DNA of 64,000 nucleotides from an uncultured virus (IMG/VR IMGVR_UViG_3300047548_000197) (IMGVR_UViG_3300047548_000197); one strand, 5' to 3'; numbered from the stretch's first letter, positions 34,746 through 44,581 are shown. Numbers and translations: made by a program. Notes: a model not told the origin generated them from the sequence alone.

Positions 34746-35358
34746 TATTTTACCAACAGATGAGTTCCAAGCCTTACAGAATTTGTTGCTTGGTCCATCA
34801 ATGCCTTGGTATTATTTGAGTAATATTTCAGCACCAGATTGGTTAAAGGTAGAAGACCCACTTGCTGTAGAAACTGAAGCGTGTCAGTGTTTAATCTTGG
34901 ATAATACTAGACATTATAAGTCTGAAGAGTATAGAATATTAAGACCATATCTTCTTGAATTAGCTCATCGTATCGGTAAACGAGAAGAAGATTATATGCG
35001 TATTCGCGCAGTTATGAAATGGCCAAAACTTGGTATAACTGATGACTACTATAATCTTCCGCATATAGATTCTATTGATTCTACCTTAACTGGTATATTG
35101 TACATCAATGATTCTGATGGAGATACTAGGTTATTTCATCAAAAGCAAAAACTATTCTCCAGTAAGATAACAGATAATTCCACAGACGAAGAGGTAAAAG
35201 AATACGCCAGTAACTTTATCAGATCTGGTTTTACAACTGAGCATAGAGTCACACCCAAGGCTAATCGCTTATTATTATTTGATGGTTTACAATACCACAC
35301 CGCTGGAATGCCAGTGAATACTGAGCGCAGAGTTATTATTAACATAAACTTTGTATAA
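34729..35358 (+). CDS. 2OG-Fe(II) oxygenase
   Basis: PHID, YINDSDGDT, PKANR, YHTA, RVIININF. Confidence 0.85.
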   Translation: MQIVDNILPTDEFQALQNLLLGPSMPWYYLSNISAPDWLKVEDPLAVETEACQCLILDNTRHYKSEEYRILRPYLLELAHRIGKREEDYMRIRAVMKWPKLGITDDYYNLPHIDSIDSTLTGILYINDSDGDTRLFHQKQKLFSSKITDNSTDEEVKEYASNFIRSGFTTEHRVTPKANRLLLFDGLQYHTAGMPVNTERRVIININFV

Positions 35359-35359
35359 A

Positions 35360-35429
35360 GTAATACCTAAGTGTTACATTCCCCTACTAAGTTTAGGGGC
35401 TTGTCTTTTATTGTTGTTTACTGTATAAT
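35360..35429 (+). promoter_or_regulatory. Palindrome, stem-loop and promoter cassette
   Basis: GTAATACCTAAGTGTTAC, CCCCTA/TAGGGG hairpin, TTGTCT-17-TATAAT. Confidence 0.75.
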
Positions 35430-35455
35430 TAAGTTACTGATTAGGAGAAGAGATT

Positions 35456-35926
35456 ATGAGAAAAGGTGAGATGTTAGACAAAATGCTTCATATCGCTGTG
35501 AATGCTCACCACGGTCAATTTGACAAGGGTGGTAATCCTTACATCCTGCATCCGCTGAAGGTTATGCACTACCTAAAGACTGATGACGAAGAACTGATGT
35601 GTATGGCTCTGGGTCATGATGTCATTGAAGACACTGATGTGACTTACCAAGACCTACGCGATGCTGGTATCTCTGAGCGTGTTATCGAAGGGTTGAAGTG
35701 TCTCACTAAGCAACGTGGACAAACCTACGAAGAGTACAAGACTGGTGTGTTTTCTAGCTACGATGCCATGCGCGTTAAGATGGCTGACTTGCGACACAAT
35801 ACCGATATCCGTCGACTAAAGGGTGTCACTGAAAAAGACATTGCTCGCATTGCCAAGTATCAAGTCTTTTACATGGAGATCAAGGCTCGTGTAGAATTCT
35901 TCCAGAAAAATGGATTGATCGCTTGA
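35456..35926 (+). CDS. HD-domain hydrolase (RelA/SpoT hydrolase-like small alarmone hydrolase)
   Basis: AHHGQFDKGGNPYILHP, HDVIEDT, VKMADLRHN. Confidence 0.85.
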   Translation: MRKGEMLDKMLHIAVNAHHGQFDKGGNPYILHPLKVMHYLKTDDEELMCMALGHDVIEDTDVTYQDLRDAGISERVIEGLKCLTKQRGQTYEEYKTGVFSSYDAMRVKMADLRHNTDIRRLKGVTEKDIARIAKYQVFYMEIKARVEFFQKNGLIA

Positions 35927-36001
35927 CTTTAAAGTGATTTTGCGGTAAGATATATAAACAAAGAGTCTGGTAGTCAGACTCTAGATTCTTAGGAGTTAAG
36001 A

Positions 36002-36985
36002 ATGAAATCAAGAACTGGTATTTTCATCGGACGTTTTCAACCCGTCCACCACGGTCATGTCCATGCTCTGGGCGTGGCTGCATCCCAAGTAGAAAAACTC
36101 TACATCCTTGTTGGTTCTGCCAACCAATGTCGAAGCATTAAAAATCCATGGACGTTTTCTGAACGTGCCAACATGATTCGTGCCAAAATGCACGCGAATC
36201 GGATTCAAAACTTTGAAATCATTCCCCTGAACGATTATCGTTACTCAGACACTCAGTGGATGTCTGATGTTCGTGCCACTATCGAACACTACTCAATGGG
36301 CTCACCCATCTTGTTTGGTCACATGAAAGATGGCAACAACTACTTGCGTTGGTTCCCAGAATTGAAATTCAAAGACATTGAATCTCAGTACACTATCAAT
36401 GCCACTGCTGTTCGTCAAGAGATGTTCGAAAATGCAGACTCAGATATGCCTGAGACTGTTCGCGGTGACTATGCCTTCTACCAAAAAGAAAAACAAACCT
36501 TTGCTAACTATCCATTCCCCGAAACACTCAACTTCAACTGCTCTGACGCCATCCTTGAATGTCAAGGACACATCTTGCTTATCCAACGCAAGTTCAGTCC
36601 AGGTCGAGGTGCGTGGGCACTTCCAGGTGGTTTTCGCAATCAGCGAGAAACATTTCTCGACTGTGCCATCCGCGAGTTGATTGAAGAAACCAACGTGCGA
36701 GTACCAGAGAAAGTTCTGCGTGGCTCTATCGTAAAGACCGAATTGTTTGACGATCCAAGTCGTTCGTTCGGTATTCCACGCAACACTATGGCTGTGTACA
36801 TGCGAATCAGTCCAAATCCAGACGGTTCTCTGCCACGTGCCAATGGTGCTGACGATGCTGCTCTTTGCAAGTGGGTGCCACTTACTGATGCACTGAACAA
36901 CATCGAGATGTACGATGACCACAAGGACATCGTATCGAAGGTAACTGGTGTCATGCCAATTCCAGCCTTCGCAAAAATTGCTTGA
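36002..36985 (+). CDS. Bifunctional NMN adenylyltransferase / ADP-ribose pyrophosphatase (NadM-Nudix)
   Basis: GRFQPVHHGH, KNPWTFSER; Nudix box WALPGG..ET...AIRELIEET; GADDA. Confidence 0.92.
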   Translation: MKSRTGIFIGRFQPVHHGHVHALGVAASQVEKLYILVGSANQCRSIKNPWTFSERANMIRAKMHANRIQNFEIIPLNDYRYSDTQWMSDVRATIEHYSMGSPILFGHMKDGNNYLRWFPELKFKDIESQYTINATAVRQEMFENADSDMPETVRGDYAFYQKEKQTFANYPFPETLNFNCSDAILECQGHILLIQRKFSPGRGAWALPGGFRNQRETFLDCAIRELIEETNVRVPEKVLRGSIVKTELFDDPSRSFGIPRNTMAVYMRISPNPDGSLPRANGADDAALCKWVPLTDALNNIEMYDDHKDIVSKVTGVMPIPAFAKIA

Positions 36986-37040
36986 CTAAAAATCAAGATT
37001 GTAGTATAATCAAATCGTAAAAACAGATTAGGAGTTAATC

Positions 37041-38441
37041 ATGAAACTTGCAAAAAACATCCTCTTGAACACTGACAGCTACAAAGTCTCTATGTTCAAA
37101 CAATATCCAGCTGGTACAACTGGTGTCTATTCTTACATCGAATCACGTGGTGGTCGTTACGACGAAACCGTGTTCTTCGGTCTCCAAGCATTCATTAAGG
37201 AGTACTTGCTTGAACCAATCACCCAAGCCGATATTGATGTTGCAGATGAGATTCTTACAGCCCACGGCGAGCCGTTTAATCGTGAGGGCTGGCAATACAT
37301 CCTTGATCAACACAAAGGTTTCCTTCCTGTGGCCATTCGTGCTGTACCTGAAGGCACTGTGGTGCCTGTCAAAAATGTACTGGCGACTATCGAAAACACA
37401 GACCCAGAATGTTTCTGGCTGACCACTTATCTTGAAACTGCTTTGCTTCGCGCAGTCTGGTATCCTACCACTGTAGCAACCCAAAGCAAGTCTATCAAGA
37501 ACATTATCAAAGACTTCTTGGAGCGCACTGGTGACCCATCTACTATTGATTTTAAGTTGCACGATTTTGGTGCTCGTGGTGTCTCTTCAATGGAGTCTGC
37601 TGGCATTGGTGGCGCTGCCCACTTGGTTAATTTTATGGGCTCCGACACTATTACTGGTGTACTGTTCGCTCGTGAATATTACAATGCTGGCATCGCTGGC
37701 TTTTCAATTCCAGCTGCCGAACACAGTACTATCACTTCTTGGGGTCGTGATAACGAGGTAAAAGCATATGCTAACATGGTTGCTCAATTCGCCAAACCTG
37801 GTTCCATTGTTGCTATTGTCAGCGACAGCTATGATGTATATAATGCCGCTTCCAAACTCTGGGGTGAACAACTTCGTCAACAAGTTATTGATAGCGGTGC
37901 AACTATCGTTATTCGTCCTGACAGTGGCGATCCTGTTGCTGTTAACCGTCAATTGATTGAGATTCTTGGAGAGAAATTTGGATACACTACAAACACCAAA
38001 GGTTTCAAAGTGCTTAACAATGTCCGACTTATCCAAGGGGATGGGGTCAATGAAATGTCCATCCGAAGTATCCTTGGTGCACTCATGGCAATGGGATGGT
38101 CAGCTGACAACATTGCCTTCGGTATGGGCGGTGCTCTGCTCCAACAGATCGATCGAGACACTCAAAAGTTCGCAATGAAGTGTTCGGCTGCATTGATCAA
38201 CGGTGAGTGGGTTGATGTTCAGAAGGATCCTATCACTGATAGTGGCAAGAAGTCTAAAGCTGGTCGTGTTACCCTTTGGACCAACTCTGGTGGTGAATTC
38301 GCTTCTGGCGTAACTCCACCAACTGGTTGGACTGATCGAGGTATCGGTGGCTGGACTAATGCTCTAGAAATGGTGTTCATGAACGGACAACTGACCAAAG
38401 ATACATCCTTCGCCGAAGTTCGTGCCAACTCTAACAAGTAA
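37041..38441 (+). CDS. nadV: Nicotinamide phosphoribosyltransferase (Nampt)
   Basis: TDSYKVS, LHDFGARG, PAAEHS, SDSYD, IRPDSGDP, QGDG, KDPITD..KKSK. Confidence 0.95.
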   Translation: MKLAKNILLNTDSYKVSMFKQYPAGTTGVYSYIESRGGRYDETVFFGLQAFIKEYLLEPITQADIDVADEILTAHGEPFNREGWQYILDQHKGFLPVAIRAVPEGTVVPVKNVLATIENTDPECFWLTTYLETALLRAVWYPTTVATQSKSIKNIIKDFLERTGDPSTIDFKLHDFGARGVSSMESAGIGGAAHLVNFMGSDTITGVLFAREYYNAGIAGFSIPAAEHSTITSWGRDNEVKAYANMVAQFAKPGSIVAIVSDSYDVYNAASKLWGEQLRQQVIDSGATIVIRPDSGDPVAVNRQLIEILGEKFGYTTNTKGFKVLNNVRLIQGDGVNEMSIRSILGALMAMGWSADNIAFGMGGALLQQIDRDTQKFAMKCSAALINGEWVDVQKDPITDSGKKSKAGRVTLWTNSGGEFASGVTPPTGWTDRGIGGWTNALEMVFMNGQLTKDTSFAEVRANSNK

Positions 38442-38526
38442 TACTTAAGTATTACTTTTAAAGACCCTACACTCGGTAGGGTCTTTTCATTTAGTTGTTG
38501 TCTTTTATTGATGTTTGCTGTATAAT
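38438..38526 (+). promoter_or_regulatory. Palindrome, stem-loop and promoter cassette
   Basis: Perfect GTAATACTTAAGTATTAC; GACCCTAC-actcg-GTAGGGTC; TTGTCT-17-TATAAT. Confidence 0.8.
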
Positions 38527-38558
38527 AACTGTATTGTGATTGAGAAAGTGACTTTGTA

Positions 38559-40757
38559 ATGATTCTGAACAGCACCCCTGAAAATCAAGCCATCTTGTCC
38601 AACGTGGGCGAAGTCGGCGAGTTCCGTATCCGTAACTCTGCCAAGGCATTTAGCATTCTGTCTAGTGGCTTGTATGCCAACAAGATTAAAGCCATCATCC
38701 GTGAGTTGTCTTGCAATGCTGTTGATAGTCATGTTGCAGCTGGCAAGACCGATGTTCCCTTTGAAGTTCATCTGCCCAATGCACTTGAACCACACTTCTC
38801 TATCCGTGACTTTGGCACTGGTCTTGACCATGACCAAGTGACCAACATCTACACAACTTACTTTGAGTCTACTAAAACCAACTCCAATGCATTTATCGGT
38901 GCCTTGGGTCTGGGTTCTAAGTCTCCATTCTCTTACACTGATAACTTTACAGTGACTGCCATCAAAGATGGTGTCAAGGGTATCTACTCTGCATTTATCA
39001 ACGGTGAAGGTGTGCCGTCTATCGCCAAGATGATGGATGAACCAACCGATGATCCTTCTGGCGTTGAGATCAAGTTCTCTGTGAATGATCGCTTTGACTT
39101 TCAAAAGTTCAAAGAAGAAGCTGTGTCTGTGTACAAGTGGTTTAAACTGCAACCTAAAATCACTGGCGCAACTGTTACTATCACTCAAGAAAAGTACGAA
39201 ACTGAAAACCTGATTCAAGGTGTTCATGTTCGTGAGAATGATCGTTATCGTTCCAAGAGTTCTAGCATTGCTTTGATGGGTAACATTGCATATCCAATTG
39301 ATGTGCCAAACCCTGAGCAGCTGGGCGAAGTTCGTCGTCTGCTTGAGTGTGGTCTTGTGATGGAGTTTGGTATCGGTGAATTAGACTTCCAAGCATCTCG
39401 CGAAGGTTTGTCTTACATCCCACAGACTATCGAGTCTATCAAAAAGAAACTTACTGCTGTCAATGACCAGTTGGTTAATCATCTTGCAAAAGAAGCAGAT
39501 GGTTATGCCAACAAATGGGATCGTGCTATCTTTTTGTCTAAGAAAGTGGACCACCCGCTGTGGCTTGCTGCTGTGCGCACTTACGTTGCTAACACTAATC
39601 TTGAAACAGTTGATGTTGGTAGCAACCGATACAATTTCTTGCGAGAGTTCCGTATCAAGGTTGATGAATTGGCATCTAAGTATAACATTGCTGTTCGTGG
39701 TTTCACTCGCAGCAAAGGTTCTAGTAACTGTGGTAGTCTGACCCACTCGGCTGAACACAGTCGTACTGGTGGTGTGTACGCAACTACATACTACTGGGGT
39801 TTCCATGTTTCAGAGAGCACTGAGTTTGTTATCAACGATACAAACGTCGGTGTTGGTGAACGTGCTAAGTATCATTATCGTAACACCAATGATCTGGGCA
39901 CTACTTATCAAAAGCATGTTTATGTTTTGGATAAATTAGATACTAGCAAGCCGATGGACACTGCACAATTCTTTGCAGATATCCAAGAGCCACCTGCTAG
40001 CAAGCGTCATCTTGCATCGTCTTTGATGATCAAGCCACGCAAAGATTCTAGCGTTGGTCGCAATGTTTCTATCCTTGGTATGGAAAAGAAACGTCGCGGA
40101 TACAGCACTGATGTTATTGTTTGGACGGATGCTGGCAAGCTAGATGGTTTTGATAAAACCAAAACACACTACTATGTGCCGCTGACTGGTTATGTCATGG
40201 TTACCAACACCAAAGGTGGTTACACTGACGCCAAAGAATTGGTTGAGCACTTGAAGTCTTCTGGTATGTCGGCATTCGCCAACGTAACAGTTTATGGTGT
40301 GCGTAAAACTGACCTCCCTGAAGTCAAGAAATTGTCTAACTGGGTTAACATTGAAGATCACATTAGCAAGACACTCAAGGTTCCTGACCAGAACATTATC
40401 TTGACTGTGGCTCTTCAAGATTCCACCCTGACTGCTTTTGCATTCATGGGTAATGCTTACAGTTCTACATTGAAGGTTGACCACTCTGGCGTGAGCCAAA
40501 GTTCTCCATTCAAAGAATATGTAAAGAAATATGACAACTTCAAACGTGTACAGTTTTCTGAACATGCAATGAAGTCGTTGTACTCTGCGTATGGAAAGTC
40601 GATTAACTTCGACATGTCTGCCGCAGTCAAAGCGATTGTTTCAGAACATATCGCAGTTCGTAAACGCTATCCGCTGTTGGGTAGTATTGATAGTGGTGCA
40701 TCTCATGGTGCCATCGCAGAGTATGTAAATTTGATTGACAATTTGAAAGGTATTTAA
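38559..40757 (+). CDS. rIIA: rIIA protein
   Basis: GHKL-like N-terminus LYANKIKAIIRELSCNAVD, RDFGTG, GLGSKSPF, SREGLS; followed by rIIB. Confidence 0.93.
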   Translation: MILNSTPENQAILSNVGEVGEFRIRNSAKAFSILSSGLYANKIKAIIRELSCNAVDSHVAAGKTDVPFEVHLPNALEPHFSIRDFGTGLDHDQVTNIYTTYFESTKTNSNAFIGALGLGSKSPFSYTDNFTVTAIKDGVKGIYSAFINGEGVPSIAKMMDEPTDDPSGVEIKFSVNDRFDFQKFKEEAVSVYKWFKLQPKITGATVTITQEKYETENLIQGVHVRENDRYRSKSSSIALMGNIAYPIDVPNPEQLGEVRRLLECGLVMEFGIGELDFQASREGLSYIPQTIESIKKKLTAVNDQLVNHLAKEADGYANKWDRAIFLSKKVDHPLWLAAVRTYVANTNLETVDVGSNRYNFLREFRIKVDELASKYNIAVRGFTRSKGSSNCGSLTHSAEHSRTGGVYATTYYWGFHVSESTEFVINDTNVGVGERAKYHYRNTNDLGTTYQKHVYVLDKLDTSKPMDTAQFFADIQEPPASKRHLASSLMIKPRKDSSVGRNVSILGMEKKRRGYSTDVIVWTDAGKLDGFDKTKTHYYVPLTGYVMVTNTKGGYTDAKELVEHLKSSGMSAFANVTVYGVRKTDLPEVKKLSNWVNIEDHISKTLKVPDQNIILTVALQDSTLTAFAFMGNAYSSTLKVDHSGVSQSSPFKEYVKKYDNFKRVQFSEHAMKSLYSAYGKSINFDMSAAVKAIVSEHIAVRKRYPLLGSIDSGASHGAIAEYVNLIDNLKGI

Positions 40758-40759
40758 TC

Positions 40760-41725
40760 ATGTCTTATCCATTCCTGATCCAAGGTAACAACATCGTTGT
40801 GGTGATCGGCAACAAGAGCCACACCATCTCTAAAACTCACATCACTTACAACAAAGTGCTTGATGCAATCAAAGCAGGTGATTGGGAAACTGTCAAGGAC
40901 ACCATCGAGCCTAAGAAGGTTGTGTTGAACTACGGCAAGGGCAATGTGTCCGTGCAAGGTGAACAACTGTTCTGGAAAGGCAAAGAGTTGAACAGTGGTC
41001 TTGCCACTCGCATGATTGCCATGCTTCAAGAAGGTTTCCCAATTGAGCCCATGGTCAACTTCATGGAAAACTTGTACAAAAACCCATCAAAGCGTTCTGT
41101 TGATGAGTTGTACAACTTCTTGGAAAAGAGCCAGCTGCCTATCACTCCAGATGGTTGCTTCTTGGCTTACAAGAAAGTTCGCGACAACTACATGGATTGC
41201 CACACTGGCACCATGGACAACTCTGTTGGCAAGATCGTAGAGATGGAGCGTAACGAAGTTGACGACAACAAGGATCGTACTTGCTCTGCTGGTTTGCACT
41301 TTTGCTCATTGGGTTACTTGAACCACTTTGGTGGTGAGCGTATCATGATCGTTAAGATCAACCCAGCTGATGTTGTGTCTATTCCTAGCGACTACAATGA
41401 CACCAAGGGTCGTGCATGTCGCTACGAAGTTATCGGTGAGTTGAACAAAGAAGAAGCACCTGCTGATGCTTTTACTGCTCCTGTTCAAGCCAACGGCAAC
41501 ACTATCGTTCGCCCCGCTGTTCGCGAAGGTAACTCTGCGTTCTATCGTGGTTACGAAGTTGGTTTCCTTGAGTTGCCATCTCGTGTTTTTGCTGAATCTA
41601 CTCCAGAAGAGTACAAGGCATACAACGAAGGTTTTGTCAAGGGCAGCGATGACGCTGTGATTGGCACTCGTCGTTACCGACTGGTTAGTCAAGCGACTAA
41701 TCGTCCTGCTTGGACGCCAGTCTAA
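40760..41725 (+). CDS. rIIB: rIIB protein
   Basis: NPS, ITPDGCFLAYKKV, TCSAGLH, PADVVSIPSDYN, RACRYEV. Confidence 0.93.
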   Translation: MSYPFLIQGNNIVVVIGNKSHTISKTHITYNKVLDAIKAGDWETVKDTIEPKKVVLNYGKGNVSVQGEQLFWKGKELNSGLATRMIAMLQEGFPIEPMVNFMENLYKNPSKRSVDELYNFLEKSQLPITPDGCFLAYKKVRDNYMDCHTGTMDNSVGKIVEMERNEVDDNKDRTCSAGLHFCSLGYLNHFGGERIMIVKINPADVVSIPSDYNDTKGRACRYEVIGELNKEEAPADAFTAPVQANGNTIVRPAVREGNSAFYRGYEVGFLELPSRVFAESTPEEYKAYNEGFVKGSDDAVIGTRRYRLVSQATNRPAWTPV

Positions 41726-41728
41726 AGA

Positions 41729-41749
41729 ATGCCCTTCGGGGCATTTTTT
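41729..41749 (+). terminator. Intrinsic terminator
   Basis: ATGCCC-TTCG-GGGCAT followed by TTTTT. Confidence 0.85.
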
Positions 41750-41806
41750 ATTTGTTTTGCATTTGTAGTTGTGGTATAATTTCTGTATAGTTTTTTGGAG
41801 TTGTTG

Positions 41807-42886
41807 ATGTCTTATTTTATTCGTAATGCTAATATGTTCACTATTGCTTCTGAAGAAGCACTGGACATTCAGAAAGTTCTACCTGTTGGTAACTACACTG
41901 TAAAACAAAACCCAATGAGTGGGCAATTCTTCTTGGAGATGGTTGACTCATTTGAGCCAATGAAAAAGTTGTATGGCAATACAACTAAAAACTCAGATCG
42001 TATCTTGCGCACGTTCATGGATCGCCCCAACTCAACTGGTGTGATGTTGACTGGTGAAAAAGGTTCTGGCAAGTCTCTGCTGGCTAAGACTATTTCTATT
42101 GATGCTGCAAACCAAGGTATTCCTACACTGATTATCAATACTCCATTTACTGGAGATAACTTCAACAAGTTTATGCAGGACATCGAACAGCCATGCGTTA
42201 TCTTGTTTGATGAGTTCGAAAAAGTGTACACTGAGCAAGACCAAGAAGCTGCATTGACTCTGATGGATGGCGTGTTCCCATCACGTAAGCTGTTTGTGCT
42301 GACTTGTAATGACAAGTGGCGTATCAATCAGCACATGCGTAACCGTCCAGGTCGTATCTACTACATGATCGAGTTTGCTGGTTTGGATACTCAATTCATC
42401 CGCGAGTACTGTCAAGATGTCTTGATTGCCAAGAATCACATTGACAAGGTTTGCGAGATCGCTGCGCTGTTCGAACAATTCAACTTCGATATGCTGAAGG
42501 CTCTAGTTGAAGAAATGAATCGTTACAACGAAACTCCTCAAGATGCTATCTCTATGTTGAACGCCAAGCCTGAGTACAACAACAAGGGTACATTCGATGT
42601 AAACTTGGTTGTTAGTGGTCGTGAGATTCCAATGGAAGAGTTGGAAACCAAAGCATGGCATGGTAACCCACTGGTTGGCAACATCCACGTGGAGTACGAC
42701 ACTGATCCAAATGGATTGGTTGAAGATGACACTGTCAACACTTGGTTCACTAAAGTCTTTACTCCAAACGACTTGAAGAAAGTTGCTGCTGAAAAAGGTA
42801 TCTTTACCTACACCAATGCAGCTGGAGATGTTCTGTTGCTGTCTCGCCAAAAGCAACAAACACAATTCAACTACTTGGCAATGTGA
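41807..42886 (+). CDS. AAA+ ATPase
   Basis: GEKGSGKS, ILFDEFEK, NRPGR. Confidence 0.88.
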   Translation: MSYFIRNANMFTIASEEALDIQKVLPVGNYTVKQNPMSGQFFLEMVDSFEPMKKLYGNTTKNSDRILRTFMDRPNSTGVMLTGEKGSGKSLLAKTISIDAANQGIPTLIINTPFTGDNFNKFMQDIEQPCVILFDEFEKVYTEQDQEAALTLMDGVFPSRKLFVLTCNDKWRINQHMRNRPGRIYYMIEFAGLDTQFIREYCQDVLIAKNHIDKVCEIAALFEQFNFDMLKALVEEMNRYNETPQDAISMLNAKPEYNNKGTFDVNLVVSGREIPMEELETKAWHGNPLVGNIHVEYDTDPNGLVEDDTVNTWFTKVFTPNDLKKVAAEKGIFTYTNAAGDVLLLSRQKQQTQFNYLAM

Positions 42887-42894
42887 GGTAAATT

Positions 42895-43299
42895 ATGGAT
42901 TTAGCATTATTGGTTTATGGTATCTCGCTGTTGCATGGTATCGGTGTATTTTTCACAGCGATTATTATGTTGTGTGGCGCTGTTGGTATCGGTAATTTTA
43001 TCTATTGGGTTGATTCATACAGCCCATCAGCAGAGAAAATTGCTGGAATTAAGAAACGCCTGTGGAAAGCATTTTGGGTTGGTGTTGTGTCAGCATGGAT
43101 GTTGATCCTGTTGCCCACAGAAAAGACTGCATACACTATGGTTGGTGCTTATGCTGCCCAGAAGGTTGCAGAGAACGAAAAGGTTCAGCAAATGTCTGGC
43201 AAGGTGTTGACTATTATCGAGCAGAAACTTGATTCTTACATTGATGACGGTATCAAAGAAATCGAAGACAAAGCTGAGAAAGCCAAGAAAAAGAAATGA
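42895..43299 (+). CDS. Membrane protein
   Basis: TM helices, LLPTEKTAYTM. Confidence 0.7.
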   Translation: MDLALLVYGISLLHGIGVFFTAIIMLCGAVGIGNFIYWVDSYSPSAEKIAGIKKRLWKAFWVGVVSAWMLILLPTEKTAYTMVGAYAAQKVAENEKVQQMSGKVLTIIEQKLDSYIDDGIKEIEDKAEKAKKKK

Positions 43300-43745
43300 C
43301 CGCTGTTAACAGAGAAGACTTTATTGTCATCCACGTTACACTGCCATCGGGATTTGAGTGTAAGATTCCTGCAAGGGGATTCAATCTCAAGTCTTGGTTG
43401 GCATTCGAAGATAGACTTGGTTCTAAGTATACATATGATGTAGTACCAGAAAAAGTATATCAACATGTTTTATTAGGAGACCCAGACGAATGTCTATCAT
43501 CGCCACCTGTGGACACACCGTCCAAGAAATCGAAGACACCCTCGACATCGCCACAAAAGAGTGGACGATCAACGAAGACGGTTGGCAAAAAGCCATCGGC
43601 TACAAAACCGTCTGCAAAACCTGCTACCAAGAGTACAAGAAAAACGGTGCGCTCATCGACAGCGAAGCCGAAGAGTTCGACTGGCTCCACAACAAGGAAG
43701 AAGATTAATGAACCTAGCAAGCCTACGCGAGTACGCAAAGCATAA
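43296..43745 (+). CDS. Hypothetical protein with S/T/K/P-rich tail overlapping the next gene
   Basis: ATGA coupling to the upstream gene. Confidence 0.5.
   Translation: MTAVNREDFIVIHVTLPSGFECKIPARGFNLKSWLAFEDRLGSKYTYDVVPEKVYQHVLLGDPDECLSSPPVDTPSKKSKTPSTSPQKSGRSTKTVGKKPSATKPSAKPATKSTRKTVRSSTAKPKSSTGSTTRKKINEPSKPTRVRKA
43490..43708 (+). CDS. Small putative zinc-binding protein
   Basis: AGGAG RBS; CGH and CKTC; TAATG coupling to acb1. Confidence 0.6.
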   Translation: MSIIATCGHTVQEIEDTLDIATKEWTINEDGWQKAIGYKTVCKTCYQEYKKNGALIDSEAEEFDWLHNKEED

Positions 43746-44211
43746 AGATGGCACATATGTGGCATTTGAGATGTCACAAGCCAGCAAAGATTTACTGGAT
43801 AATTTTGTCCAGATGAATCTTGGATTAACAGAACGAGTAGACAAGAGTGCATATCACACAACTGTGATCTACTCTAGAACACCTGTACCATCAGCCGAGC
43901 GACATAAAGGATTCAGTGAGAATCAATCAGCAAGTGTTATTGGCTATGAAGTATTTCCTACCAAGAACGATGGTAAGTGTTTGGTGATGCGTATACAATG
44001 CCCATTTGCTGAAGAACTAAACAAGCAGTTGACTATTGAGGGTGCCACATCTGATTATCCAGAGTACAAACCTCATGTGACACTTGCTTACAATATGACT
44101 CAAGAAGTTGATCCTGCTACTATGCCCTTGCCACAGTTCGATCTAGTTTTTGATACTCTAAAGGTAGAGCCACTTGATGCAGAATATACCCCAAAAAACG
44201 CAGACAATTAA
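43708..44211 (+). CDS. acb1: 2H phosphoesterase, T4 gp57B / anti-CBASS Acb1-like
   Basis: GTYVA, HTTVIYSR, GATSDYPEYKPHVTLAYN, EPL match the T4 57B layout. Confidence 0.85.
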   Translation: MNLASLREYAKHKDGTYVAFEMSQASKDLLDNFVQMNLGLTERVDKSAYHTTVIYSRTPVPSAERHKGFSENQSASVIGYEVFPTKNDGKCLVMRIQCPFAEELNKQLTIEGATSDYPEYKPHVTLAYNMTQEVDPATMPLPQFDLVFDTLKVEPLDAEYTPKNADN

Positions 44212-44506
44212 CGATCTGTTTGATAACATTAACTTCAATGTTTATGATTATCCAATAGGTGGCAAGATGGTAGTTGCAAAGTATGCGCTACCAATTTACT
44301 ACGCCACACTTGCAGAAACAGACTCTGCTGTTCGAGAACAAATTAAAACATCTCTGCTTCAACAAACGATTGACCATATATTGCAGAATAAACTTTGCGA
44401 GTTCACTCAGATGCGATCTATTGATGGTCAAACGACAGTGGCTTGCAGGTTGTACTTGGCTCCAAATGACCAGATCAAGATTCTTAGAGTTGCCAATAAA
44501 ATCTAA
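44174..44506 (+). CDS. Hypothetical protein
   Basis: ORF track; fits between acb1 and the promoter cassette. Confidence 0.55.
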   Translation: MMQNIPQKTQTINDLFDNINFNVYDYPIGGKMVVAKYALPIYYATLAETDSAVREQIKTSLLQQTIDHILQNKLCEFTQMRSIDGQTTVACRLYLAPNDQIKILRVANKI

Positions 44507-44581
44507 TACTTAAGTATTACTTTTAAAGACCCTACCGAGTGTAGGGTTTTTGTTGTCTTTTATGATTAACTGATGTATAAT
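44503..44581 (+). promoter_or_regulatory. Palindrome, stem-loop and promoter cassette
   Basis: TAATACTTAAGTATTA; GACCCTAC-cgagt-GTAGGGTT; TTGTCT-17-TATAAT. Confidence 0.8.
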
